Assembly (NCBI GenBank): GCA_963575745.1
Contig: CAUYUJ010000001.1
Coordinates: forward strand, 2,170,001-2,234,000
DNA from: Prorocentrum cordatum
Lineage: Eukaryota
DNA: 64,000 nt
Direction of reading: 5' to 3'
Positions 1 through 12,647 of the stretch are shown piece after piece. The first letter of the stretch is position 1, and each line of letters begins with the position of its first letter. A program made the translations under genes and the position numbers. A model generated the notes under the pieces. That model was not told where the DNA came from and did no database searches. It saw only the letters and a program-made list of their open reading frames with translations.

Positions 1-800
1 TTGGTTTTGCAGTGTTCTTAGCACTGCAGTTGTTTTTGCATCTGGTCTGACTGGTCTGATTAGTCTGGTTTGAGCTGCGTGCTCAAGCCTTAGCTTAGGA
101 TTCGGGCGAGAGTGGTTTAGGGGAGGTCCAGGGAGGCCACCGAAACCAGTTGTTGTTGCATGCCAGCTTTTGTTGTAGTGCAGTTTGTTTTGCATCTGGT
201 CAGGCTGGCTGGTCGGTCTGGTTTGAGCTTTGTGCTGAAGCCTTGGTTCTTCAGTTTGGTTTGCACTGCTGTTTGTTTTGCATCTGGTCTGGCTGGTCTG
301 GTTGGTCGGGTTCGAGTTTCACCCTGAAGCCGTAGCTTAGGATTCGGGCGAGAGTGGTTTAGGGGAGGTCCAGTGATGCCACTGTCAATCAATTGTTTTT
401 GCTGTGCAGTTGTTTTGCATTGCAGGTTGTTTTGCCTCTGGTCTGGCTTGTCTGGTTGGTCTGGTTTGAGCTTCGTGCCTTAAGCCTTAGTTTAGATTTC
501 AAGCGAGAGTGGCTTGATGGGGGATCCAGGGAGGCAGCGCCTACCACTACGACCACCGCAAAACAGTTGTTGTTTGCATTGCAGGTTGTTTGTTTTGCAG
601 TTTGTCTTGCATTGCAGCTGTTCTGTGTTGCACTTCATTTTGCATCTGGCCTGGCTGGTCTGGTTGGTTTGGTTTGAGCTCAGTGCTAAAGCTTTAGCTT
701 GGGATTCGGGCGAGAGTGGTTTAGGGGAGCCAGGGAGGCAGCGCCAACAACTACGACCTCCGAATCACAGCTTTTGTATTTTTGCATTGCAGTAATTTTG
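1..800. repeat. Degenerate tandem repeat with irregular ~120-240 bp units
   Basis: Blocks TTTGCATCTGGTCTGGCTGGTCTGGTTGG and GGATTCGGGCGAGAGTGGTTTAGGGG recur at ~99, 339, 495 and 702. Confidence 0.85.
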
Positions 801-1273
801 CTTTGCAAGAGGAAGATGGTGATGAGGAGGAGGAGGAGGAGGAGGAGCGGGAGGAAGATGGCGACGAGGTGGAGAAAGAGGAACAGCAGGAAAAGCCAGG
901 GGAGGACGACGACAAGGCGCGCGAGAACTAACGCGAAGAGGGGGACTAGCAGGATGACGTTGAGCAGGAGGAGGGGGAGGAGGAGGAGGACGAGCACCGT
1001 TTCTGACGGTTCCAGGGCCCGGCGACTGGTCTGGAGGGGTCGACATCCAGCAAAAACGCCGTCGTTGCTGTCAGCCTCGCCCTCGCCATCGACCCCCTCG
1101 TCGTCGTCAACGTCGCCGGGGCTGGGACCGAGAACGCTGCTGCGTCAAGTCCAGCTGCGGCGGAAAGGGAGGTGGGAAGGAAGGTAACATCAGAACCCAT
1201 ATCAGTTCATATGCCGTAAAGCAAAGTAAGGCGCTGGGGCATAAGAACTTTTCGCCTCGAGCGGCTTAGAATA

Positions 1274-1705
1274 CGTAGCACCCCGCAGTTGCGGATAAGA
1301 GTGAGGGGACGGCGGGGATGTCTGCAGTCTGCGAGGCTCTGAAGAAGTCAACCGCAGGCGCAACATTTGCAAGCTATACAACGAGCCCGTCGCAGGCGCC
1401 GATTTTTTGTTAAAACAAGTTAGGTGGGTCGCGGGTGGGTCGACGGTGGGTCGCGGGTGGGTGGCAGGCCAGGTCGCGGGTGGGTCGCGGGTTGGTCGCG
1501 AGCGGGTCGCGGGGTGGGTCGCGGGTGGGTCGCGGGGTGCGTCGCGGGCCGGGTCGCGGGCCGGGTCGTTGAGGGGACGACGACAACAAACAATAATAAC
1601 AACAACAGCAACAACAACGCAACAAGCAGAATCCTCACCACGGATCCGCGCTTAAGCTACGCACCCAGGGACAATCAATGACCGTTTGGCCCTCTTACTC
1701 TGATA
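1274..1705 (-). mobile_element. Truncated, inverted copy of the TA-flanked MITE at 1770-3001
   Basis: Starts TA|CGTAGCACCCCGCA, matching the reverse complement of the 2860-3001 end. It carries (GGGTCGCGGGT)n and ends at an AT microsatellite. Confidence 0.8.
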
Positions 1706-1769
1706 TTTATATATACACGATTTTATATGTGCATATACACATATATATATGTATATATATACAGATATA

Positions 1770-3001
1770 CGTAGCACCCGCATTTGCGGCTAAGAGTGAG
1801 GGGGCGGTGGGGACGTCGGCATTCTGCGAGACTCTGGAGAAGCCCGGCACAGGCGACAACATTTCACAAATCATCAGAGTGAGGGGGCCGAACGGTCATT
1901 CATTGTCCCTGGGTGCGTGGCTGAAGTGGGGATCCGTGGCGAGGATTATGTTTGTTGCGTTGTTGCGTTGTTGTTTGTTTGTTGTCGTCGTCCCACCCGC
2001 GACCCACCCGCGACCCACCCCGCGACCCATCACGCGACCCACTCCGCGACCCAACCCGCGACCGACCCCGCGACCCACTCCGCGACCCACCCCGCGACCC
2101 ACCCCACGACCCACCCGCGACTCACTCGCGACCCACCCCGCGACCCACCCGCGACCCACCCCGCGACCCATCCGCGACCCACCCGCGACCCACCCCGCGA
2201 CCCACCCCGCGACCCAGTTGCGACCCACCCCGCGACCCACCCCGCGACCCACCCCGCGACCCTCTCGCGACCCACCCCGCGACCCAACAACGACCCACCT
2301 GCGACCCACCCGCGACCCAACCGCGACCCATTTGCGATCCACCCGCGACCCACCCGCGACCTACCCTCATTGGCTCAACGAAAGAATGATCGCTTGCGGC
2401 GGGCTCGTTGTCAGAGTGAGGGGGCCGAACGGTCATTCATTGTCCCTGGGTGCGTGGCTGAAGTGTGGATCCGTGGTGAGGAGTCTGCTTGTTGCGTTGT
2501 TGCGTTGTGATTGGTTTGTTGTCGTCGTCCATCCCCGCGACCCACCCCGCGACCCATCACGCGACCCACTCCGCGACCCACTCCGCGACCCACCCCCGCC
2601 CGCGACCCACCACGACCCACCCGCGACCCACCCCGCGACCCACGCCGCGACCCACCCCGCGACCACCCCGCGACCCACGCCGCGACCCACCCCGCGACCC
2701 ACCCCGCGACCCATCCGCGACCCACCCACGACCCACTTGCGACCTGGCCGCGGCCTATCCCGCGGTCCTCCCGCGACCCACCCGCCACCCAACAACGACC
2801 CACCCGCGACCCAGCCGCGAGCCAGTTGCAACCCACCCGCGACCTACCCACATGGATTTAACGAAAAAAGTTTGCGCCCGCGGCGGGCTCGTTGTATAAT
2901 TTGTGAAATGTTGGCGCCTGCGGCGGGCTTCTCTAGAGTCTCGCGGAATGCCGACGTCCCCACCGCCTCCTCACTCTTGTCCGCGTATGCGGGGTGCTAC
3001 G
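1770..3001 (+). mobile_element. Non-autonomous TIR element (MITE, Tc1/mariner-like TA target) filled with a CCCGCGACCCA minisatellite
   Basis: ~95-bp imperfect TIRs (CGTAGCACCCGCATTTGCGG...GAGACTCT versus AGAGTCTCGCGG...GGGGTGCTACG) with TA on both sides. The internal module is duplicated at ~1875 and ~2412. Confidence 0.85.
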
Positions 3002-3314
3002 TACTAGTCAGGATATTGGGACACACTTACATCTTTGGAACGCTCCCACGACCCAGAATTTGCGCCCCGAGTCCACAAGACAACTTGGTCAGGCTAGTAC
3101 GTTTGCAAATTCCTAGGCCCTTAGTAATCCCTGTCTTACTGGCGCCTGGGATCTCTCTGAGCGGTGCCTTCCACCAACTATTAGGCCCGTCGGATTTCCT
3201 GAATGCAGCAAGGTAGTTTCAATTGCAATGCAATCGCGCACAGTTCCACGAATTTCGGCTGCAGGCTCGTATCATGCCGAATACTCGAAGTCACCCAGCA
3301 TGTGTGTAAAACCG

Positions 3315-3652
3315 GGGCTGGCTAGGCCTGGGGCTAGGACCCGGCCAGCGCACCCCAGGGGCTAGGGCTAGGGCCCCCAGGGTTGGGGTTGGGCCAGAGG
3401 GGTTGGGGCTGGGGCCAAGGCCAGAACCTAGCTAGGGGCCAGGGCTGGGGCCGCGGGGCTAGGGACAGGGTCCTGGAGCCAAGGCCAGGGCTGTGGCTAG
3501 GGCCACGGCTGGGGCAAGAGCCAGGGCGCGCTAGGGCCCCATGGGCCCAGGGCCAGGGCTAGGGCTAGGGCCATGGCGCGCTAGGGCCCTGGGGCTGGGG
3601 TTAAGGCTGGGACCAGGGCCAGAGGGGCCAGGGCAGGGCGAGGGCCCTGGGA
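3315..3652. repeat. Degenerate (GGGCTA/GGGCCA)n hexamer repeat
   Basis: Read directly from the sequence. Confidence 0.85.
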
Positions 3653-6600
3653 CTACTGAGTATGTTTGACATCAGTGACTCTCTTCTCGGGTTTCACAGC
3701 GCGCTCGGTACCTCCCAGCGCTTGCACGTAACAGTTGCCGCTCTCGGCCTCCCACGGGCTAGCTGTTCTATCGGCGTTGTCCTTTGCACATTTCCTTCTG
3801 TACCGCCGGCGACACAAGCGCCGCGCGGCCGCAACATTTGCCGGGGCAGCACCGTTCGTACTCAGATTCAAGCGGTGGCGAAGCGTCCTGGCGTGCCTAC
3901 AGGCCTACCAAACAATGTTCTAAGAAGCCCTTGAGGTTTGCACGACATGTAAGAGCATTTCTGGTTGATGACTGTCTTGTTTTAACACATCGGTTTTATG
4001 TTGAACATTTGTGGGTTCTAAGGACACTTCATGGTAGGACTATAGGAATGCCGGGACGGTCGGTCCCTGCTCAACAGATGTTATTGTCAGCAGTGCCTGC
4101 GGATACCAAGCAGCCACTGCTAGAGTGTGGCCTCACAGCAGCTGGCGTCAACATACAGGCTGTCCAGCGCGCGCCAGGTCAGGTGTGGTTTTGGCTCGGC
4201 CGCAGAAAGGGGCATTCTAGCCTGTCCTCCGAGCCCCTTCCAGCTCCCCCTGAAGTCTCACTCCACTTCTCCCTTCTCCACTGGCCGAGGAGGACAGCCC
4301 TCGTCAGGCAGCACATGACTTGTTTCACCAGCGTTATTTGGAGCGTACAAAGAGTCCCATTTGGCTTGGTGGCGACGCGTAACTGGCACACCTGAGGTGT
4401 TCCCATGCGTTGTAAGCTTACGCAACACACTTCGGAGGCAAACAGTTCCGATGTTGCGCCAGCCGCTCTAAGCACCAAGATGGATGATTGCACCCAGGAC
4501 CAGAATGAAGGGCACAAGGGGTCGTTGATAACACTGAGTTGAAAGGCCATATCTCAAAGGGTAGCCGTGTACAAAGTTTGCAGGGCGGCATTGTGAGATT
4601 GACAGGTTTTGGTGGGCAGCATTTCGAGACAACATCTTTTATTCCTTCAGTCCGTAACTTCTGCTGTAACGGGGTGGTCGTCGAAGACGCCGCTGACGCA
4701 GCCGCGCTTTCTGAGTCAAGTACTCGTATGTTTGGTAGGCTGATTGATCCGAGCATGCAGTTTCGCACCATTCTGTGATTCCCCCTCCCCCTCCCCCTCC
4801 TCCTCCTCTTCCTCCTCCTCCTCCTCCTCCTCCTCCTCCTCCTCCTCCTCCCCGTCCCCCTCCATCTCTTCCACCCTCAGCGCGTGCATTTGGCAAGCAT
4901 GCAGGTCATGTTACGAATTCTGTGGGTGCACAGGGCCGGCCTCCATAGAATGTAGGTCTGCAACACTTTCGGTCTTCCTGCCAATCTGTTTTGCTCCTGC
5001 CGAGTCCTTGCCGATGCGCTGTTGCCTGGCGCCTAGCTTGACTGACTGACTGACTGTAAGCTTACGCCATTCTGCTGACACAGAAGGGGGGGCAATGATG
5101 AGGAGAGGCAAGGAGAAACATTGAAGGGTTATTCAAGAGGCTTGCGTCATTCCGTCGACCACCAGCAGATGAAATGCGCCGCTTCCGATTTCGTATGCGG
5201 TGTTTATTGCGCCCCATCGTACTGCCTGCGTGTATTTGCTTATTGTTTCTGGTTTGCACTTCTCTTCCCCTACGTCTGTTGCGGGGCTACCTGGTGGTTT
5301 CGTGGAGGCCTCGGGGGCGGCTTTTTGGGAGCCTTTTCAGGGCCCCTTGGTGCTTTCTGGGCCCCTGTGAGGGCTTCTTGGAGGTCTCTTGGGGGGCATA
5401 CTGGGGGAATGTTGAGCTTCTTGGAGGCCATCTTGCGGGGGATGGCTGCTGGGGCCCTTGCGAATTCCCTCTTGGGCCTCCCCGGCCCCTCTTGAGGCCC
5501 TCTCGGAGGCCTTTTTTTATGGCGGTCTTGGAAGGCCTCTTGGGCAGTTGTGGTTCCTCTTGGGCCATCTTTGGGGGCCTCTTCGGCCGTCTTGGACCAA
5601 TCTGGGGTGCTTCTCGGGCCGTCTCGGGGTTCAGATGCCTTAGACATGGCGAGATGCGAAAGTCCTGCAACAATCCCACGAAACAGGCGATTCGGTCCGC
5701 ATCTCGTGGTCGCCTTGTGGGCCCTCTTTGGCAGGGTCTGGGCGTCTGCCAGGCTTCTTGGGCCGTCCTGAGGCAACCTTGGATGTTCTGCGGGCATCTT
5801 GGAGGGCATCTTGGGCATCTTGAGGGCCGCCATGGGTGGAGTTGAAAGCTCCGACGGCCAGGGGGGTGCGCCAGGGAGCTCGCACTCCGCCCCCCTTTGA
5901 ACGGGACTTCGGGCCCCGGGAGGGGAGCGGGGAGCCGCCAGATGTCTCGCACGCCTTGTCGTTCCCGGCAGGCGAGGTCAGCGGATCTCCTTGTCCTGGG
6001 GCCGACTTGGGCACTTGAGAGGCATGTCGGTGACGTTTTAGGGCCTTTGGGTGGTTCGCCTAGCCTTTGGATGCCCTCTTCTCTTGGGGCCTCTGCGGGC
6101 GATCTCTGCGTCCCTTTGAGGGTCCAGGGGCCGTATTGGAATGCGCTTGCGGCAAAGTTGGAGTCGTCTTCTGGCCGTCTTGGAGGCAAGCGTGGAGAAT
6201 CTGGGCCATCTTGTGGATCGGGGCTGTCTTGGCGGCCTCCTGGGCCTGGGGGCCTTCTGAGGGTCTCTGGAGAAGCCTCGGAGGGTTGCCTTTCGTACTT
6301 CGTCCGTATGTCGCGTCATCTCTCTGATCGTTGCCACGGGGGCCTTTCTTCGCATGCAAAGCATGTGGACTCAATCTTGAGATCAGATTGAATTGACAAC
6401 TGGGGATGCGGATCAAAGAAGCACGCGGACCCCCTCAGGATTTTAACGACGTTTATCTTTGGTCCTCTGCGATACCATCTTGGGGCCACTTTGGGCTTTT
6501 CGCGGGCACGCGGGGAGCCAATGTGGATGTGTTCGTGGCTGTCTTTGGCCGCGTCAGGTGGCGTGAGAACAGCCTGGAACACTTATGAGGGTATCCCGTG

Positions 6601-8239
6601 CCAGGCGAGAAATTTGGAGTGGAGAGCCTCTGGGCGAAAAATTAACAGATCTTCTTAGGGAGCCAGGGGCCTAACAAGACCGTGAGGAGCTCAGGGTGAG
6701 CATCCCCCTCCGCTCCCCCCCCCGCCGCCCCTTCTCCCTCGCTTGAGTTTCTGAACTTCAGGGAGGGGGTGTAAGGAGAGAGGGACAGCCAATCATCTCA
6801 CACGCCTTCTCACCCACAGGCAGCGGGGATGGGCAGATTCCATGGTCCCAAAGATGGAAGGCTTCGCCCCACCCCTTGGCTCTCGTGTGCGATATCGCTG
6901 GTCGTTCAGGTCAGCACGGGGTGCTTGCACACATTTTTTGTTTGCATTTTGCCCGAGGAAGCCACGATTTGATGCCCGGCTTCGCCTCTGTGTGGTTTCA
7001 ATTGTTTTGTGTTTCCAGTTTGTTTGGTGCTCCCGGTTTGTTTTGCGCTCCCGTGATTACCGCGGTTGCATTTCTCACGCGCATGTTCGCCATTCGGTGG
7101 CCACCTAATGTGGTGTCTACGAAATCTGTAAGTCGATGGCCGACCATAGTGACTCATATGCCAGCCGCACCTAGGACAAAGGACCAGCGTATGTTCCTAT
7201 GCATTTGTCCTGCACTTTCATATGGACTCCTGCGGAGAATGCAGGGAGGAGCCGGTGGAAACATGCAGAAGCACTGCATAGGACGGTGCAGGAAAAATGC
7301 AGGAAGGAGTTATGCATTCCACGGCGCACACGTGTCTCCTGTGCTGTTCCGGCTCTTGCCGGTGCGCCCGTCTGTTCGCGGCGGGCCCTGCGCGGGAGCG
7401 CGTGGCAGGACCAGAGCACGGCGTGTGCAGGATGCGCGCCGCAAAAAACACACAGCGGGGGCTCCAGGGAGGACGGGGCCACCTCCTGTGCGGGACTTGC
7501 GCGGATGAGGTCTCGAGGCGGCTGGCTGCGCAATTGGTAGATTGGCGCGCCGTCTCAAGTCTCTGCGGCCCGCGGTGGAATCACTGGAGCAACCCATGCT
7601 GCAACCCGTGGAGCATCCTGTGGCGAAGCCAATGGCACAGGTCGTGGCACCTTGCCTGGCGACACCCATGGCGCGGCCGATGCTTCTGCCAACTTCTTCC
7701 GAGCGGCTCGCATGCGACTGCGTTGAGGCTCCTGTGAGATTGTCAGCATGCATGTTCAGATCATCGAGCGGAGGGGGGTGCAGCTCACGCGAGTCCGTTT
7801 CAAGTCGCACACGTGCCGGCAGGCTGGCTCGGGGCGAGGAGTTGTCGTCGTTTGACGCCCCTCGCGGGGGGTCGAGACCAGTTGGATGCAGCTCATTGTG
7901 TGAGGCGTCGTGTTGTCCCCTCCTCCTCCTCCTCCTCTGGTGTCTTTTGCCAGGGGTGCACCCCAGAAGGCTCTCAGATGGTCAAAGAGGTGCCAGGAAC
8001 ATCCGATGACTTTGTTCTTGGAGGTTCGATCTTCGAACCCCTTCGTCATTATCCTCTCTACTCGTTTCTCGCATGTCTCCTCATCACACTGTGTTATTTG
8101 ATGTGTCGTTCCTCGTCTCCCTCGTCCTCGAAATGTTCGTCCCGCTCTTGATCCCTGCTCCCTTCATCCGTCTCATTGGCCTCACCCTCCTCCTCCTCCT
8201 CCTCTTCCTTCTCCTCCTCCTTCTCCTCCTCCTCCTCTT

Positions 8240-10080
8240 CGTGGGCGTGGGGGGAGGAGCGGGACGCCGTTCTTCAGCCACGATCCAGAACCAGACGGGC
8301 AGCCGACAGAAACGTTCTGGGCGGATGCGGCGCTCCACGGCAAAGGTTCGCCCAGGCGTCAGATCGACGGTATCGTCCAGGCTATCGTGGCACCCGCCGC
8401 GGCTCCCGAATGGCCGCTGTGACACGTTGGCATGCCTTGTTGCGACAGCTATGCCCGGCGCGATGACTGCTCCGCCTTCGTCTGTCTCCATCGGGGCACG
8501 GAGCGCCAGGGCTCTAATAGAGGTGGCGGGGCCTCAAGTCCATGGAGAAAGCTACCTATCTGCAATCACTGGTCATTCGGGCAACCACCCGCGTTTCAAG
8601 AGGTGCAACTCAACATGCTCATTCGCAAGGTCGCCCCCTTCTCGGTCGTGCTTTCCTCGTCCATTCATGGCAGTGCGCAGCGTGCCAGAGGCGGCGCTAA
8701 ACTATCGTTCATGTTGCGCGCGGGTCTGGGGGGGATGTCGCTTCTCTCGTGTCGGCCACCGGTAGGGCTATTCGCGCTACAATTAGGACGCTTCTGCGGA
8801 GGTCAAGCGCTGCAATATATACAACCACAAGCTTTCCTGACGGCAGGTCTAGTCCGCAATTTCGGCGACCACATATGGTGCTGTGGGCCACAGGTGGCCC
8901 ACAGCACCATATGACGGCCGTGGTTGGCGAGTTCATCTTCGTTGCCAGCATCGCGATGTATATGTTCCCGCTTACTGCCAAGGTTAAGACGATTACTCCT
9001 CCTTCCGATAGAAGCCGTGTGCATCCGAAGGAGTGGGAGAAAGTTTTGTAATCCATGATTGAGATGGTCTGCGAGGAGCCCGCCCACTTCTGCGAGGGGA
9101 CGGCCAAACTCGCCTCGATCGATCGCATATGCGTATCCGCCCCGCCGTGGTTCTCGTGTCAAGTCGCTGCCTCTTGCAACGTGGCCTTGTCTCCTGAACC
9201 TCTCAGGGATGCTGGTATCTCGGATCACGCTGGCGTGCGAGTCGTTCTGAAGTCAAGATCCCGCACGTCGACTTGGTTGCTCCCTGTGCCGCGCGTGGTG
9301 TGCGATATTTATATATATATATATAGAGAGAGAGAGAGAAAGAGAAAGAGAGAGAGAGAGACAGAGATAGAGACAGAGACAGAGACAGAGAAGCTAGGTG
9401 CGCCAGCGTCATGTGTGACGTCCGACCCTATCCCCCCCACCCCTTGCCATTACTTAGATCCTCTCTATGTTCGCACAGTGGGATGTCGAGCTGGACAATG
9501 GACGCGAGAGAGTACGCGATGCATGGTACAGCACGGCATAGCATGACATAAAAGAGCACGGCCACAGCCGACGTGGTCGGGTCGAGAACGCAACGCGTGT
9601 CGACAAGCAGGTCGGTTTGCAAAGCGGGAATCGCAAAGTGCGATCAACTTTGCAGCGGGAGCACGATTTCGAAGGACCGAAACCGCGGAAATGAAACCAT
9701 CGTTGCAGTGGGAGCACGATCAGGAAGGACTGGACGCCCGGAACCGGAGCCAACGCTACAGCATCAGCACGATCTGGAAGAACCGAAACAGAGAAAAGAG
9801 GTCAGCGCTGCAGCGGCATGATTTGGAGGGACTGAGAACGGGAAAATAGAGCCAACGCTGTAGCGGATGCGCCATTCTGAAACGACTGGAAACGCTCGGA
9901 TTGGAGAAGTACATCATAATTTTCAATTCGGCGGCATCCTGTATGTGTAGAAAACGATACGCAGAGGAAGCCAGGACACCTCACCAACGTCTTTTGTGTA
10001 GTCCGGCAGGCTCTTTGATCAGCACACGGAACATGAGTATGATCGATGGTTCTTTCGCTCTGGTTGCAAACGAGAGACCA
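8240..10080 (+). mobile_element. Decayed non-LTR retrotransposon (LINE) fragment with an APE-type endonuclease
   Basis: Frameshifted motifs VVGEFIF (GDFN-like) and ASIDRICVSAPPW...AGISDHAGVRV (9110-9245). Interrupted by (TA)n(GA)n at 9305-9390 and preceded by (CCT)n at 8183-8240. Confidence 0.7.
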
Positions 10081-10991
10081 TGTGACCATTTGGGGCCTCC
10101 TGCGACTCCCAGGTGCTTCCTAAGGTCTCCTGGGGCCTCCTTGGGCCTGTTGCGGCCTCCTGGAGCCTCTCCTGGGGCTTGCTGCGGCCTCTTGCAGCCT
10201 CCTGTTGCCTCCTGCGGCCCACTGGGGCGTCCCGGAGCCTCCTAGCCATTTGGGGGCCTCTTGGAGCTCCCTGGGGCCTCCTGGAGCCTCCTTGCGCTTC
10301 TTGGGACCTGGAGCGTGCTGGGTTCTCCTGGGGGCCTCGCGGGATGTCCTGAGGCCTCCTGGGACCTCGTGGCACCTCCTGGGGCCTCCTGGGGCCTCCT
10401 GTGATCCCCTGAGCCCCAGAGGCATCCTGGGACATCCTGGGGCCTCCGAGGCCGTCGAGGGATCCGCTTCAGGGAGCGGCCCCCTGCGTTGCTGTGCGAT
10501 GTGCGTTCCCCTGCCCGTCCTGGCGGGCCCTGCGCACAAGCCCGCCCAGGGCTCTCAGGTGACGGCAGTCTCGAGGAGGGTAGCTTCTGCGCTGAAAAAA
10601 GGCGGCCCCGGGAACGTCCAAAAAGTGATGACCGTATCATTCTTGAGGCCCCAGATATCTACGACGCCCAGCGGCGCAAAGCTTGATTCCCTGCGGCACG
10701 GTGCGGTTTTGACCCTCCCCCCGCTGTTCCGCCTGGCTCACGGAGGGTTGTTCTTTTCGTTTCCGCTGGTAAGGGACATTTCCCCCACTCTCGGCGGTGA
10801 CGGAGGGCAGGCGGCGGGTTGGCGGGTTGGCTGGGTGGCGGGGTGGCTGATTGGGCTGGTTGGCCGACGGATTGGCTGTGTGGCGGGGTGGCTGTATGGG
10901 CTGGTTGGCTGGTTGGGTCAGTTGGGTTGGCAGGCTGAGCTGGCCCTGGCAGTTCGCTCCGCCGGAGAGGGGGGAGGTCGAAAGTCCCCAC

Positions 10992-11149
10992 CCACCAAAC
11001 CACCCCAACCCAACCCGAAGGCTCAGATTTACCCTCGATTTCTAGTGGGGGGGGGGGGGTCGGGAAACGTCGAAAAAACACGCGTGGAACCCTTACCCCC
11101 CCCCAACCCGAAATTCGGGTCTTCGGGTTGGGTTGGGGTGGTCTGGTAG
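10992..11149. mobile_element. Small hairpin element (~30-bp inverted repeats)
   Basis: CCACCAAACCACCCCAACCCAACCCGAAG pairs with CTTCGGGTTGGGTTGGGGTGGTCTGGTAG. GAAAGTCCC occurs a few bases outside each end. Confidence 0.6.
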
Positions 11150-11189
11150 GTAGTCAGAAAGTCCCAGAGCACGGTGCGGTGACCACACC

Positions 11190-11345
11190 ATCGATTGCAA
11201 AAAACCCTCCGTGGATTGCAAAAAAACCCGTGGGTTTTTTTTGCAATCCGTGGTTTTTTTTGCAATCCGTGGGTTTTCAAAAAAACCCTCCGGGTTTTTT
11301 TTTGCAATCCGTGGGTTTTTTTTGCAATCCTTTTTTGCAATCCTC
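11190..11345. repeat. TTTTTGCAATCCGTGGG short tandem and inverted repeat
   Basis: Several direct copies preceded by inverted GATTGCAAAAAAA copies. Confidence 0.75.
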
Positions 11346-11522
11346 CGTGAGTCACACTGGGGCCTCGGGGTGACCGCACGCTTCTGGGGCCCCTGGGCCG
11401 TTCTCCCACGGCGTCGGGGGCGACGGGGGCACGGGGCCCGTGCGGTGACGGGCGGGGGCGCGCCGTGTTTTGACGACGCGCAGGCCTCGGCATCCTCCCT
11501 CCGGACGGCGCCAGTGCCGCGC

Positions 11523-12113
11523 TCACAGCGCAAGGGAACAGCGAAGCAGCATGCAGGGACAGTTTTCTTGGCGCGAGCCAGGGCCCTTGCCCGCCGCGCG
11601 CCGGGCAAGCCGGGAGTCGACGGCCAAGTTGAAGAGATGGGCAGGTTTCGTTGTGATCAGCTCTTGGACCAACTTGTCCTTGCGGGCTGCCTCCTTCGCG
11701 CGGGCCTTGGCGGCGGCAGCGTGGGCGACCGTCTTCGCGCAGAGGACGTTCGCCTTGGCCGTGATCTGAACCACGGACACGCCAGCATCGAGAAGGCCGG
11801 TCTCTGAATCCACGCCTCCTTCCAGATCAAGGTCCAGAGCTGCAATGGACTCCTCGGTGCATGCTGTATGGTTTCCACAATTTCCAGTCGGATGTAGAGA
11901 GCGGTCCCTGAGTAATTAATTTCTTGGAGTCGCCACGCGACGAGTATAGTCCACGATCGAAGACTCCTCGATGTGCGATGTGACAGACGAAGCGCACTGC
12001 TGCACGATATGGTCCTTCCGCGTCAGGCGACGGAATGCCTCGCGTTGCCGAGCCATGAAGATCAAGTCAAGCTTCTTCTGGACCGCAGTGTGGTAACCGT
12101 ACACATTGTTCAT
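11523..12113 (-). pseudogene. Frameshifted coding-like remnant of unknown family (possibly a TE ORF)
   Basis: Protein-like helical segments in different frames (YGYHTAVQKKLDLIFMARQREAFRRL; AKARAKEAARKDKLVQELITTKPAHLFNLAVD). Confidence 0.35.
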
Positions 12114-12647
12114 ATCTATGTGTTCGAAAGTTCTTTGATTTTTTGGGGGGCCACGATCCTTTCATTTCCAATTGTTCTGTCCTGGACCTCTTCCTGGCCA
12201 CTAGGGGGCCAGGAACAATTAGAAACGAGCACAATTAGAAATGAGCACGATTAGGAATGAACGACGTGTATGCTGCCTTCTTGGCCTCGCGCACAGTCTT
12301 CCCTGTCAAGTCCAGCCTCATCTCGAGCTGGTCCACGCGGGATGTGTCCCAACAGGGGCGACTCGTGTGACCGAGTGCGGCGAGGCCCTTCTGGGGGCTT
12401 TCGAGGTCGCCGCACGGTCTGCCACCGCACCGTCGTGGGGCCCCCGAGGAGGGCCGTGGGGCCCTCGGGCGGGCGGGCCCTGCCCTTCTCGCGTCGTGGG
12501 AGCAGCACGGCGGGAGGTGTCTGTTGCTGCCGTGTGCTGCCTGAGGGGGCTCACGCTGCCGGACCCCGGGGCCGTCAGAAACTCAGGACCTGTAGGAGGG
12601 CCTCGGTGTGTACACCACGACGTCTTTGTCTGGCTAGCCGATGAGCC

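Noticed and set aside
1678..3216. 512-aa PRPT-repeat ORF
   Set aside because: Translation of the MITE minisatellite.
3653..4771. Minus-strand coding-like fragments
   Set aside because: Multiple stops and frameshifts with no assignable motif.
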